Origin: Eledone cirrhosa
Lineage: Eukaryota
Direction of reading: 5' to 3'
DNA length: 64,000 nucleotides
Assembly (NCBI GenBank): GCA_964016885.1
Contig: OZ024753.1
Coordinates: forward strand, 27,094,001 to 27,158,000
A program made the translations under genes and the position numbers. Each line of letters starts with the position of its first letter. Positions within the stretch are counted from its first letter, which is position 1. Below are positions 39,966 through 52,237 of this stretch, piece by piece. The notes beneath the pieces are model-generated. The model searched no databases. It was not told the DNA's origin and saw only the letters and a program-made list of their open reading frames with translations.

Positions 39966-41381
39966 TTAATGATCAAACCAATCAGGCTAATTTCCCTTTT
40001 TCTATCCACGGAGAAATAAAAAAAAAAGGGAGAGACATTGGTTTCTATTTAACCAGTGTATCTGATTGTATATAGCAGTAGTGGTAAAAAACAACTTGTA
40101 CTGCTAGATAAGACATATCATCAGCACCATCTTACATCTGTTTTTCCATACTGGCATGGGTTGGACGGATCATCACATAAGTTACTTCTTGTTTGGAGTT
40201 ACTAACTACCCTCCATTTTTAGCATGGTTTCTATGACTGGCTGGCCATCATTTCTACCACTTTACAAAAATATACAGAATATATGCTAAAAATAAATGGC
40301 ATTATTAAAAAAATACCCAATAGCCTGTAAATCTCCACTCATACGAAATGTTTTTAGTTTTTTTTAAGGATGTTAAGTCCTGCTTGAATAACTCAACAAT
40401 ACAAGCAGACATTAAATATTTAGGTGCAGCCTAAATATTTGGTCCCATGCCATATGTTACCATGCAATATTTGGCTTGTGTAGACTCTAGAATGGCAGTG
40501 CTTGCAATAGTAATGTAGAAGATTATTGATTAACATCAAATTAAGGTCTTGGCAAGCACACCAGTCACGACCATCCCATCCCATCCTTTTGTATAAGGGA
40601 CTACATCATCCAATGTGTCCTTCCATTTTGATAATAAATATGGTATATTTTAAGAAAAGTTTGATGGTACTTCTAGCATGTCAAGTGGCTCCATAAATGT
40701 TTCACCATTGGCTTGAGATCTAAAAGGAAGGTAGGTGTGAGAGAATTTTAATTTGTGGTTAACAAGAGGTGTTTAGGGGTTGGCAATTTAGTGTGACCAT
40801 TAATAAGGTAAGGTTTTTTTTTTCCTTGTGTGTGTATATGCATATATTAAGATTTAGTGAGAAAAAACTCATCATGATGAGTACAAACAAGGAAAAATAG
40901 TATTCTATCTAACCTTGCTTATATATAGATCTCCCTACCATCTTGTTTGTACTCACGGCGAATTGGCAGAGTCGTTAAGACGCCGGGTAGAATGCAGTAC
41001 AGTATTTTCCCCACCTCATTGCACGATCTGAGTTTAAATCCCACCATGGTCAACTTTGCCTTTCATCCTTTCGAGATCGATAAAAAAAGTACCAGTCCAG
41101 TATTGGGGTCGATTCTTCCTCTATAGAAAAAATCAGCTGTTTTCAGACCTGGAGAGGGTTGGGCTCCGTCAGGTATAAAAGTGCCTTAGACATGCCATAC
41201 AACGGTGCCTCTACAACTCCACAAGGATCTTTATCCTTTAATCTTAATATATAATATTGCTTCTCTGAGAGATTTCTCCCATTGAGATGTTTAAGTATTA
41301 GAGACTAATAAACCCGGCAATTACTCTGTATAATTAGCTCCTGATTATTACTGGAATTCTATAAGAATCCAGCTTCTATAA

Positions 41382-41468
41382 TTTTCGGCGGAAGCAGGGG
41401 AGTACGTGGCTCTGATGAATGCCAACCAGCATGAAACAGACTGTCAGCTTCTCTCCTTTCGCCGAAAA
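41382..41468 (+). ncRNA. type I hammerhead ribozyme (Penelope-type)
   Basis: CTGATGA 41412-41418; stem II ATGC/GCAT with loop CAACCA; GAAA 41433-41436; stem III CAG-a-CTG; GTC cleavage triplet ending at 41445; stem I GCT/AGC extended by TTTTCGGCG...CGCCGAAAA. Confidence 0.85.
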
Positions 41469-44157
41469 GAAGTGACGTAGTCACTACTTTAAAATTGATA
41501 GCATATGGTCTTCTAAATGTTTTTAATTAAACATACGGTATATTACCAAATATACTATACATACATTCATATATATATCATCCACTTCATTTTCAGTCTG
41601 TTTTAAGTGAATGACAGGAAAGAACTGGCATCAAACAAATAAAGCCTACTACATGTGTTGAGTACTTTTTTTCTTTTGTTTGTTAACATGGAAAATAGAG
41701 GTGTGATGGTGATGGTGACACAATTATATATAATTGTGTATGCATCACTGCTTGAAGTTGATTCACTACACAATGAAAAGAATATAAAATGAAATAGCAT
41801 ATATTTTAACTAGAGCAAGATATTCATGTGTTAAGTGAAGAATAGTTACATGTCAGTTGATAATTCTTTTCTAAAGATTAGTTTAAACATTTTTCATGTT
41901 GGATACAACAGAGAATTGTTAGATGTTAGATAATACCAACACAATGAGGGGAGCTTCTATGTGAATGTATAACCTGCTGGAAATAACAGCCAAATTCCCA
42001 ATCATATCCTACTGTCTTAGGAAAAAAAAAAAATGACATATTAGCTTAGGTGGCCCAGAGTTTATTGCCTGGGACAAAATATGATATGGTTACTGATGAA
42101 ATGCTTTTAACCCTTCAGCATTTAAACCGGCCATATCTGTCCCGAATCATCTCACTTCTTTTTTTTCAAACCGGCTGTAACTGGCTGCTCATACTTATGT
42201 TAAGGTATTGTTCTCAAAATGAATAACCTCAAAATCTTAGAGTTGATATTATGTGAGATAAAACCTCGACCCCAAAAATACAATAGTATATATATAGGGT
42301 AATGTAAATGCTAAATGGTTAATATGTTCTATCAGAGGTGTACTGGTTACTAAACAACAAGGATAAACAACCTCAAGTCAATGAGAGAGTGGTACATCCT
42401 GAGAGAAATGACACTTTAAATTTCCTCAGTACCAACCCCTACACTTTGCCTTAAAAAATAAAGACACAATGGTCAATTCTGAAGAAAAAAAAGGTTTGAT
42501 CAAGACTATAAACAACAAATAGAATAAACACAATAACCAATATCCACACACTACACCCAGAACACTACTGCCAACACCACTCTAAGATATTATTTTCCAC
42601 CACTAATAATGAACACCAGACAAGCATGCTGCAATATTTAGTTACATTCCGAATTTAAAGTCTTGCCAGAGTTGACTTTGCTTGGTATATTCACATTACA
42701 TAATTTGATTATTTTTTACTATAATGACACGCCAAGATGAACTTTCATCTTTCTAGAGTCGATAAAATAAAGTACTTGAGAGCACTAAGATCAATAAATT
42801 GTTGGTCTTGTACCTAAGTCAGAAATAATTATAATGGCAAAAGGTCAGATTTATTGGGGATATATTAGTAATTATCATCTATTCTAGTACTTTCATAAAA
42901 GCTGTTGATAAAATAAAAGTCGATACATCTGATCTGAAATTTTTTTATCATCTATTGTATTACATCTTCAAACACATGCGTAACTTACACTATTGCACTG
43001 AAGCTTTGTATATTATACAATTAAGGCACTAAAGCAAGGTTTCCCAAACTTTTACAAATGTGGAACCCTCTGTGGTTCAGAAAATTTTAAGGGAACCCCA
43101 AAGTCTAATACTGTTATATGGTCGTAATATAAATATACTCCTCTACCTCTTTTTCACGGAACCCCAGACACTCCTTTGCAGAATCCTTGGGTTCATGGTT
43201 GGAACGCTTTGATCATAGAGTCTACAAGATCGGAAATTCAACAAGCAAACTAGCGTGTGTAAGCTTTGTTTTGATTCTAGATTTTCATGTGAAATATTTA
43301 TGTAATTAATAGAGATATATATGTGTACAAGTTGAATTTTGACAGCTATGGCATTTGTGTTTGTAATTTAGATTTTCAGCATATTTTGTTTGGGTGAAAA
43401 ATGTGAACTTTGCTATTATATAATTTCAGCTTGATTAATATATTTTATGAAGAAAGGGTGGCATATATGTAAAACAGCAATGAAAGAAAGGTAATTGTGG
43501 GACTATCAAAAGTAAGAGCATCATTTCAATAATGAAGCTATATATTTCAGTAGTAATTGGATAGTCTTCTCAATAGAGTTTCTTTCTCACTATCAAGTAA
43601 CCACTATGAAGTTGACCTTTGTGGCCTCATAGATAAGTATTCATTGTGAATTGGCCTTGAGTCCCCAATATCAAACAGCAATCTGCTTATTCTCTCAAGT
43701 CCCTGAGACAAAAGGAAGCAATACTCATAAATAGCCTGCTCCCAGAGTAAATTTAGGCAGTTGCAGAGTTCTTACTAACTAGCTAAAATGTAGTGGTCAA
43801 CTGTCTAACACACCAACCCCTTTGGGTCTCTCTCTTTCTTTCAACCAGGACAGTGAAAATCATCCTATCAACAGAAGTTTGGTAAATATATTTTTAATAA
43901 TACCTTTGCAAGCAAATAGACATACACATCAGTTTCTTACTGAATCCATCTTAATTTATATATGTATATAATAAATTAAGAGTGACTAACTAACTTAGAC
44001 TTATAACATGATTTTACTCTACGTACATTTCAATGTACAACAGCCGGCCATACCTCAATATATATACTAGGTGTTAGTCTGCTGCTCTACATATCTTCAG
44101 GAATATAAATGTTGTTACAAGCATCAAGAAAGTCTTCTGTTGAAACAGATATTGTTA

Positions 44158-44511
44158 TACTTTGGGTGGGTCATGTTGCCAATAAAAACACACGTAGCAG
44201 TTAGGTTTCACTTCAGTTTTATTATTAATTAGGTAACTAATCAATTCCTCGGTTACTATAGTAATTTAGTTGTCGAAGCTCTTTCGTAAATAGACAACAA
44301 AGACGAGATGGGGTAAAGGGAACAAGATTCAAACAAAGAGGAGACACAGAAGACCAAGAATAGACATTGAGAAAGACACAATGTGTGACGAAAGACCATT
44401 GACAATTTAATAACCAACAGATGAATGGGTTAATTACCTAATAATAAAACGGAAGTGAGGGTCATCTGGTGCGTGTGTTTATATTGCCAAACATGACCCT
44501 CCCAAAGGATA
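44158..44511. repeat. diverged foldback element, about 90-bp arms
   Basis: CTTTGGGTGGGTCATGTT...AATAAAAACACACG vs CGTGTGTTTATATTG...AACATGACCCTCCCAAAG. Confidence 0.6.
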
Positions 44512-44723
44512 TTTTTAACTGCGGTTACTCCCGATTTCACTCGCATATCAATATCTATATATACATTTAGGTTTGTTGGTTCACCACTGGATAGAACTGG
44601 TCATTCCATATAGTCAACCTTAATGTAATGTATTTATATATATATCTTTTGAAAATCTTCCGTGAATCGAACTCACGACGTCACGATTGTAAGCCCGACC
44701 CTCTAACCACTAAGCTATATGTG

Positions 44724-44789
<66 letters not shown>

Positions 44790-44949
44790 ATTAGAATTTA
44801 GTGTGTGTGTGTGTGTGTGAGTGCGCGCGCGCTTATAGATGTACATCAGTTCGGTAGATGACAAGACGAATATATACATGAATATAGGCATATATAGTTG
44901 TTCGGTAAGTTACAGATGCGCATCTGCTCCATTGGTTACGAATGTATGA

Positions 44950-44998
<49 letters not shown>

Positions 44999-45159
44999 TA
45001 AAAGATGTGGTGTGTGTATGTGTGTAAACTCGACCAGTTTACCACAACAGTAACTACATACTTTAAAATAAGTATATATATCTTAGCTTAAACCAAACGA
45101 CATTACCTTACTATATTTAGATAAAACAAATACAATCAAAGTGTATCTAAAGAACTTAC

Positions 45160-45326
45160 TTTCTAATGATAGCTTTTTGCGTGGGAACAGTAAATTCGGT
45201 CTCGGAAGAATCAGTATCGTCATCGCCACCAGAGTTTGGCCGTAGTAGTTCCTGGCCACTACCTCGACATTTTCGACGAAGTTTCCCGTTGCCGACCAGG
45301 GCGTCCAGTTCACGGCGCTTTTTCAT
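45160..45326 (-). CDS. EFCAB14: EFCAB14-like type II membrane protein, coding exon 1 (cytoplasmic N-terminus)
   Basis: ATG at 45326, MKKRRELDALVGNGKLRRKCRGSGQELLRPNSGGDDDTDSSETEFTVPTQKAIIR+AA, donor AA|GTAAG (phase 2). Resembles the EFCAB14 N-terminus as I recall it (MKKRKELNALIG...LLR...DSDSESS). Not in the ORF track. Confidence 0.85.
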
Positions 45327-45800
45327 CCTTTTGATCGGCTTGAAATCAACATTGGCCCTTGTCTGAGAATCCAGTTTCGCTCGTTGTTAATGATGCTATT
45401 GACGATCGTGACAGTAAAACAGGGACGACAATTGCGATGGACGTAGGAAAAACAACCAGACAAGAACATAGAGCAATCATCGGTATACAAGTGTCGTTGG
45501 CAGACAGCTTTCTAGCCGTAACCGTCGCCTACCTTTCTCTCAACCGCTCATCGCCGCCAGCTTAATATTAGTTGTTAAACGAAGGAAAAGTCACAACATC
45601 CTCGAGAGCAATGCTATATACAGTTTTGCTAACGATATTGACGTGTAGGAGTTAACTTCCGCTGAATTACGGGCTAAAGCAAATCCTGAAGTTTCATTGG
45701 ATAATAAATATTGTGTGTATGTCAGTGTATTATATATTAGTGTGCAGGTCGTTGTTTTACGGACGGAATAAACGATCGGTTTCTTCAAACTTTAACAAAG
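45327..45800 (-). promoter_or_regulatory. CpG-enriched 5'UTR/promoter region of the EFCAB14-like gene
   Basis: Visible CpG enrichment against a CpG-poor background directly upstream of ATG 45326; ETS-type CGGAAGT at 45655-45661 (minus strand); TGACG half-CRE near 45639. Confidence 0.5.
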
Positions 45801-47302
45801 CTATGTTTGTATGTGTGTGAAATTTGGTAGACGGTAACTGATTGGAAGCCCGTCGGATGGACTGTGACACGCTGTTTCTGTATGGGAATTACGTTAAGGG
45901 TAAACGTGTCTATCTATGGAACACTCAACCACTTACACGTTAATTTCCGAGTTGGACGTTCAGTTGATCGAAACGACAGAATGCTTATCGTCGAAACAGA
46001 CGGAGATCCATCATGTGTTTCTGTGTTTGTATTCGCGCTTACGATGCACGCATAACAATTGGCTCTGTTTGTTTCTGTTGTTCCTCGTTACCAACTTTAT
46101 ATATAGCATAGAAATTGGTAAAAATGTTTATTCTCAATACGTGTTTCACTCACAAAATTGGCTTAAAAACCATTGATAATTACATAAATATGAAAAAGAA
46201 AGATAACAAGAAAATTAAGTAATGAGAAAAAAGGGGGAAGGGGTAAAGAATGGCAGATCTGGTTGTACGGGAAATTGAGGTAAGGAGTGTAAATGCCATA
46301 AATGAGAGGAAAGGAGTGAAAAAGAGAGGTTTCAAAGGCCACAGAAGAAAGGGAGGGCAAGGGTGAGGGGTTTATAGTAAAAGAAAAAACAAATTTAATT
46401 CGTCCACTGACTTGCTTTTCAACAGTTTGAGGGAGACACCGCTAAGTTGAGTGGAAGATATCAAATTTCCATATTCCTGTCAAAGTTTGCACATAGCAGT
46501 TTTCACTGACACTTGTGTTTTCTTACAATGATGTATATACTGCCAGGGCCCCCAAAAGAAATTTCACAAGGCGGTACAAGACCCCTTTGGGGTAAGAAGT
46601 AGGCAAAGATTTTTCTCAAAATGGCTGTTGCATGGTTGCTGTGGGGCCTTCTTAGATCTTGGGCCCCAGAACAAAGTACCGACTGGACTCTCCTCTCATA
46701 GGCCCTGTATACAGCAGGCATGGTTGTGTGGTTAAGGAGCTCTTTCGCAATCATGTGGTTCTGGGTTCAGTCCCACTGCATGGCACATTGGGCAGGTGTT
46801 CTCTACCAATACCTTCAGAGAGGAACATACATATCTGTCTAACCCATGCTAGTGTGGGGGAAAATGGACGTTAAATGGTGATGATATATGTGTGTGTGTT
46901 GTTTTCACTCTTTTGCATTACATACACAAAGAGAGAGAGAGAGACAAAAGATAGACACACACACACATATATATATATATAGTTAGAGCAAGGAGTTGAT
47001 CACTAAAACGTCCAAGCCTTGTTGATTATGTTACTAAATTTAGACATCATTCAAATGAAGCTCAAGGTATCAATAGATTGCATATATAAATGCCTAAGTG
47101 CATGGGGAATTTTTTAATAACTGGCTTAGCTCATATTTCATGGAATGGTTTTAGCCATTGTAGTTCTTCTTGTGGCAATTACTGTAATAGTAAGAATAAG
47201 GGAGATGTTTGTTGTAGTTATGCTACATCTAGGAGTTGTAGTGGTGGTGGTAACACATTAAAGTTGATACTAATAGCAGTGATTATTGTTTGGAAAATAA
47301 TT

Positions 47303-47331
47303 TCAAGGGAGATAACTCCTGTTCTCTTCAA
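47303..47331 (-). CDS. candidate short terminal exon of the duplicate, (V)EENRSYLP*
   Basis: ttgtag|TTGAAGAG phase-1 acceptor starting V-E like exon 3 (VERKNQFTP), but the polypyrimidine tract is weak. An out-of-frame Thr-rich stretch follows. Confidence 0.3.
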
Positions 47332-47425
47332 CTACAATATTGTGAATTACTTGAATTGGGCCAACGAAACCTTTATATCACTTGATATTTCATTAGCATG
47401 CTTTTCCATCCTCATTATTTATGTG

Positions 47426-47800
47426 GATTGGCAGTATCGGTAGAGCGTCAGACGCCATGCTTTCCAGCATAGTTACGTCCCTTTACAGTCTGAGTTCAAA
47501 TCCCGCCGAGGTTTACTTTGCCTTTCATCCTTACGGGGTCGATAAAATAAAGTACCAGTAATGCACTGGGTAATTGCTGGCCTTGTGCCTAAAGTAGAAA
47601 TAATTATTTATGTGGATTAGCAGTATCGGTAGAGGGTTGGACACTATGCTTTGACGCATAGAGTTACGGCCCTTGCCATTTTGAGTTCGAATCCCGCCGA
47701 GGTTAACTTTGCCTTTCATTCTTATGAGGGTCGATAAAATAAAGTACCGGTAATGCACTGGGTTATTTGCTGGCCTTGTGACAAAAAGTAGAAACAATTA
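47426..47800 (+). mobile_element. tRNA-derived SINE, two head-to-tail copies (about 180 bp unit)
   Basis: A-box-like TGGCAGTATCGGTAGAG, B-box GAGTTCAAATCC, body TTTGCCTTTCATCCTTACGGGGTCGATAAAATAAAGTACCAG. Other copies near 2405, 2720(-), 4480(-), 4645(-), 9700, 13730, 22826, 32276, 38780, 39545(-), 40960 and 53330(-). Confidence 0.85.
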
Positions 47801-48059
47801 TTTACAGGTGAGTGAGTTAGGAAAAATTGGGATGGTTGAATGATGAATAGACAGCTTTGAATTAATTAATGTGAATACTGATTGTTATAGTAGATTTGAT
47901 TTGCCCTGTAATTTGCACTTCCTAATATAGCAACTAACATACAAAGTCAATTTTACTGCGAGTTACCTGTGTTTTCCATATAATTTATAGTTCATCCTGC
48001 ATTTCACATGTTGAATAGAGCTGGGCTATATATTTGATATTCAAATATCAATAATATAT

Positions 48060-48305
48060 CTTCTTCTTCACCCACTTATTCCTGAGAGGGTCGTGGGGGT
48101 AGAGTCTGTCAGAAGCAACCGTCTCCAACTGAACCGGCTGTATCCCCAAGCGTGACCAGCCAAGCTCATGGATGTTATCCAACCATCTTGCTTGGGGTCT
48201 ACTACTGGGTCTCCTATCTGTTGGTTTCGCCTGTAAAATCTGCCCAGCAATTCTTTCCCGAGACATTCTAACCACATGCCCATAGAATTGGAGCCGTGAT
48301 CTCTC
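48060..48305 (-). mobile_element. second RTE-type family 3' fragment with (GAA)n tail
   Basis: ERSRLQFYGHVVRMSRERIA...RPQARW; homologous pieces at about 34285-34515 (-), 52395-52725 (+) and 57665-57890 (+). Confidence 0.7.
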
Positions 48306-48499
48306 AATTATATATATCAAAAGTGGAAGTATATAATCAAATGTCAAAATAGAGTACAGGCAGATATATAGGTTGTAATTGCCAGCTACAGAAAGATGTA
48401 ATTGCTTAATATTTATCGCATGCGAAAAAGGTGTTAAGAGAGAAGCTAGGTTAGAGCTTGGAAAGATTTAGTGATGTATTTAGGAAATAAGCAGGGCAT

Positions 48500-48781
48500 G
48501 TATACATACAAAAGTATTTGAAGGAAAATCAACCAACTTTCATTAAAACTGTTTAATCATTTACAGTTGTTTCTTGTGTAAAACAGAATGAGATCTGTCT
48601 GCCAAAATAATCAGCAAAATCCGCATTTGTCCATTAGAATACCTGGCAAACTCAAATGTGAATTTTGCAGATTATTTTGGCGAACAGACTCATTCTGTTA
48701 TACAGCAGAAACAATTGTAAATGATTAAACAGTTTTAATGAAAGTTGGTTGATTTTTCTTCAAATACTTTTGTGTGTATAT
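48500..48781. repeat. inverted repeat, about 130-bp arms with about 20-nt spacer
   Basis: CAAAAGTATTTGAAGGAAAATCAACCAACTTTCATTAAAACTGTTTAATCATTTACA... is mirrored at the right end. Confidence 0.85.
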
Positions 48782-48782
48782 A

Positions 48783-48873
48783 TACATGGTGCGGCAAAAT
48801 GATCTGACACATTTATTCTATTTCGCTTTTACGAAACGTACAAATGTGTCAGATCCTTTTGCCGCACCTTGTA
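48783..48873. mobile_element. TA-flanked Tc1/mariner-like MITE (about 90 bp)
   Basis: TA|CATGGTGCGGCAAAATGATCTGACACATTT ... AAATGTGTCAGATCCTTTTGCCGCACCTTG|TA. Confidence 0.7.
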
Positions 48874-48944
48874 TATATATATGTAAAATCCCAACCGTGA
48901 CGCCAAGCAGATTCAGCTTGTGTTGTGATTTTACATAGCCCTAT

Positions 48945-50160
48945 ATCAAGTACTCCCATGATTAGTCGTTTCTTCAGTCTCAGCACCGCAGACTCTCTCT
49001 CTGTCTGGGAAATGGCCATGCTCAGTGTGTAGGAAAGGAGTAGGCAGAAACTCCATTTTATGTCCCAAATGCAAAGTATGGGTGCATAAAAGATGTAGTG
49101 GGATCACAGGTAAGATAACTAAGAATATAGATTTTATATGTGGCCGGTGCTCTGGTGCAATAAGTAGCAGCAAGTGCCCACAGAATACTAGCTCATTCCA
49201 TTGCAGAGATGGTTCTATAGAAATAGTGGACACCTTCCGTTACCTGGGTGACAAAATCAGCAGTGGGGGAGGGTGCTCTGAAAGTACAGTAGCTAGAGTC
49301 AGAACGGGATGGAAAAAGTTCAGAGAGATTATACCACTATTGGCTCTCTAAAAATGAAAGGCAGGCTGTATGATGCCTGCATACGAACAGCAATGTTACA
49401 TGGCAGTGAGACCTGGGCATTGTGTGCAGAGGATATACGTAGACTGGAGAGGAACGAAGCTTGCATGCTCTGCTGGATGTGTAATAGTAATATACGTGAA
49501 CAGCAAAGCATAAACGAACTAAGGGAGAAATTAGGAATAAGAGGGATCAGATGTTGTTTACTCGAGAGACGACTACGTTGGTACGGTCACGTGATGCGCA
49601 TGAAAGACGACAGCTGTATAAAAACGTGCAGGGCGATAAAAATAGACGGTAGCCATGGAGTAGGCAGACCCAGAAAAACCTGGGGCGACTTGATAAATTC
49701 CGACCTCACACACTTACACCTCTCCAAGACAATGTCACTGGACCGAGATCTTTGGCGCTACACAGTAATACAGAAGACCCGCCTTGCCTAAGTACAAAGC
49801 GAAACCTACAGTCAGTAGGCACCTCTAACAAAAATACACCCCCGTCCCACTACCCCCACCCCCTTCAATGTGAAGTTATGTTGGTACCACAACATCCAGT
49901 CCGAAACAAATGAGGTCGTGTAGGTGTCACGACAAAAAAACACACAGTCCACGCTGTAATGTGGCCGTGTAGGTAACATGGTAAAAACCTCCCAGTCCAC
50001 ACTGTAAACGTGGTTGGTGTTAGGGAGGGCATCCAGCTGTAGAAAACCCGCCAGACAGTCCTATACGAGCAGGACAACCAATCTTGCCTCAAGTGGGAAA
50101 ACTTCCGTCCAAACCCATGCAAGCGTGGAAGATGGACGTTTAAACGATGATGATGATGAT
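48945..50160 (+). mobile_element. RTE-clade LINE 3' part with PHD-like zinc finger, frameshifted
   Basis: CSVC..GRNSILCPKCKVWVHKRC...FICGRC, FRYLG, MLHGSETW, RRLRWYGHVMR, GRPRKTW; (GAT)n tail. Confidence 0.85.
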
Positions 50161-51579
50161 ATATATATATATAGCTGACTTCCCACAGGAACAAGCCGAA
50201 GCATATAGACAATATGCCCCCATCCCCTCCCACTGCAGAGTGGTCGTGGAGGTGTCACGACAAAAAAGCACCCAGACCGCACTATAAAGTGGTTGTGTAG
50301 GCGCCATGGAAAAAAAGCACTCAGCACTCACTGTAAATGAGGTTGGTGTTAGGAAGGGCATCCAGTTGTAGAAATCAAGCCAAAATTAATTCCCGTATGA
50401 GCAAGATAAGATCACCCGACCTAACATTGCCCACAATAGGACAACCTGCCTAACCCATGCTAGCATGGAAGAATGAATGTAAAACGGTGATGATGATGAT
50501 GATAAATATATATACACACATTTGTAGTGCAATAAACAGCTTTTTAAAAAAATAATGAAATACATGTTTTTTGTCTTTTGTTAATAAATGTACAATTTAA
50601 CCTTTAAAAATCTTATCTATTCTATGCTAATATAGAAAAGGTGAAAGTAAAAATGATGATGACGTGCATGCTCGAGTTTATGTGTAATATTGGTGAAATA
50701 ACGCTAACAACATTGATTGTAGAAATAAATCATAGATTTCAAATGAGATGTTATTCTGCACATGTTCCTCGTGTCACTCTCACCATTGTAAATACAGTAA
50801 AATAATGAATGACTTACTGGAAACCAGGAATTAACAACGAAATTGTACAAAAAAATATGATATAAAATAAATACAAAGGCTTTATTATATCGGTGTCTGT
50901 CAATTTATTGCAAACTATATCAAAATCTTGACACTTCATCCTTCAAAACTTCCATGCTTCCCGAAAATCGCCAACACTACACCTGATATTCCCCTCCATA
51001 CACACGCAAACATGTATCTGTGTGTATATTATGACTCATACACTGTTCACTTTTCCTGACATTTGTACATTTTTCTATGTACTATACATGTACCTTTGAT
51101 GAGTTGTAGTGCACCTGAGCACTGTACACAATAATTTTCATTATTATCCTTATCCTTATCAAAATATAGAAGTGAGATTGCCAATTGGATAAAAGGTATT
51201 GGACTACAATTTTATAGGTTGTGAGTTCAATTTTGCTCAAGTTTAAAGTCAGAACACTTTATTCTATATTGCTTCAGTTCACATAGCTGTTGGGAATGGA
51301 TGCCAGATTATCTGAGAGAATGTTGCCTGTGATTGTCGAGTATCCTATCTGAGAGAATGTTGCCTGTGATTGTCGAGTATCCTATCTGGGAGAGTAAAGA
51401 TGGGGAGATATTTATCTTTCATCCACTTAAGGCCATGGAAACATGAGTAAGCACCAGTTCTTAAAAAACCCTTAAATTATAGGAATCTTTTATATTTACA
51501 TTGAAATGAAAATTAATCTTTCCAAATCCGAAAAGCCACAATAAAAAAGAAAAGAACAAAAAAAAACAATAAAACACCA

Positions 51580-51612
<33 letters not shown>

Positions 51613-51634
51613 TGTATGTATGTATGTATGTATG

Positions 51635-51684
<50 letters not shown>

Positions 51685-51720
51685 TATATTTATATACATA
51701 TATATATACACATACTACAT

Positions 51721-51897
51721 CAGACCTGCCAACCTCTAAAGACCCAAACGGGGAGTATCATAAAAAACCGGAGAAATGAGGCAAAATGGGAAGATTTTAC
51801 ATAATGAAAGCTATACCCATTTTCACAAAAGAAGACATCCCTCACCTCAAAGTGGGTGGGAGACCTCCCTGTCGGACAGGGAGAGTTGACAGGTCTG
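51721..51897. mobile_element. MITE with CAGACCTGCCAAC/GTTGACAGGTCTG TIRs
   Basis: 13-bp TIR with one mismatch, seen directly. Confidence 0.6.
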
Positions 51898-52082
51898 ATA
51901 TATACATACTAAAAACAAAATTCTAGAGTTATTAAATGAAGCAATCAAGGATTAGTGTTGTGTTATTGTTAATTAAAAGCATATTAGTCAAAAAGGATAC
52001 CAAATTTGAAAACAAAGATGGATGGCAAGACTTGCCAAAACAAACTAACAAAACAAGAGAATTCAAAACAGAAATACCTTAC

Positions 52083-52237
52083 CTGATTGGAACTCTTTCT
52101 TTAAGTTTGAAACTTGTTGCAAGAGAACAAAGGTAACCAGTGCCACTGCAATTAATCCAGCTATTGCTATGGTAGCAATGAAGTACTTAATGTGTTTGCA
52201 TGGATTGCATGATGGTTCATCAAACTGTGGCTTCTTC
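52083..52237 (-). CDS. CxxC + transmembrane exon of the EFCAB14-like duplicate / alternative N-terminus
   Basis: ttattgttattctag| acceptor; (K)KKPQFDEPSCNPCKHIKYFIATIAIAGLIAVALVTFVLLQQVSNLKKEFQS; donor CAG|GTAAG; 155 nt, phase 2 to 1, as for exon 2. Confidence 0.75.

Noticed and set aside
45083-45565. ORF-track entries around exon 1
   Set aside because: Off-frame or antisense readings of the CpG-rich first exon; the real frame starts at ATG 45326.
51309-51388. 37-bp direct duplication (also 33-bp at about 24208-24273)
   Set aside because: Simple local slippage duplications in repeat or intronic DNA with no functional site inside.
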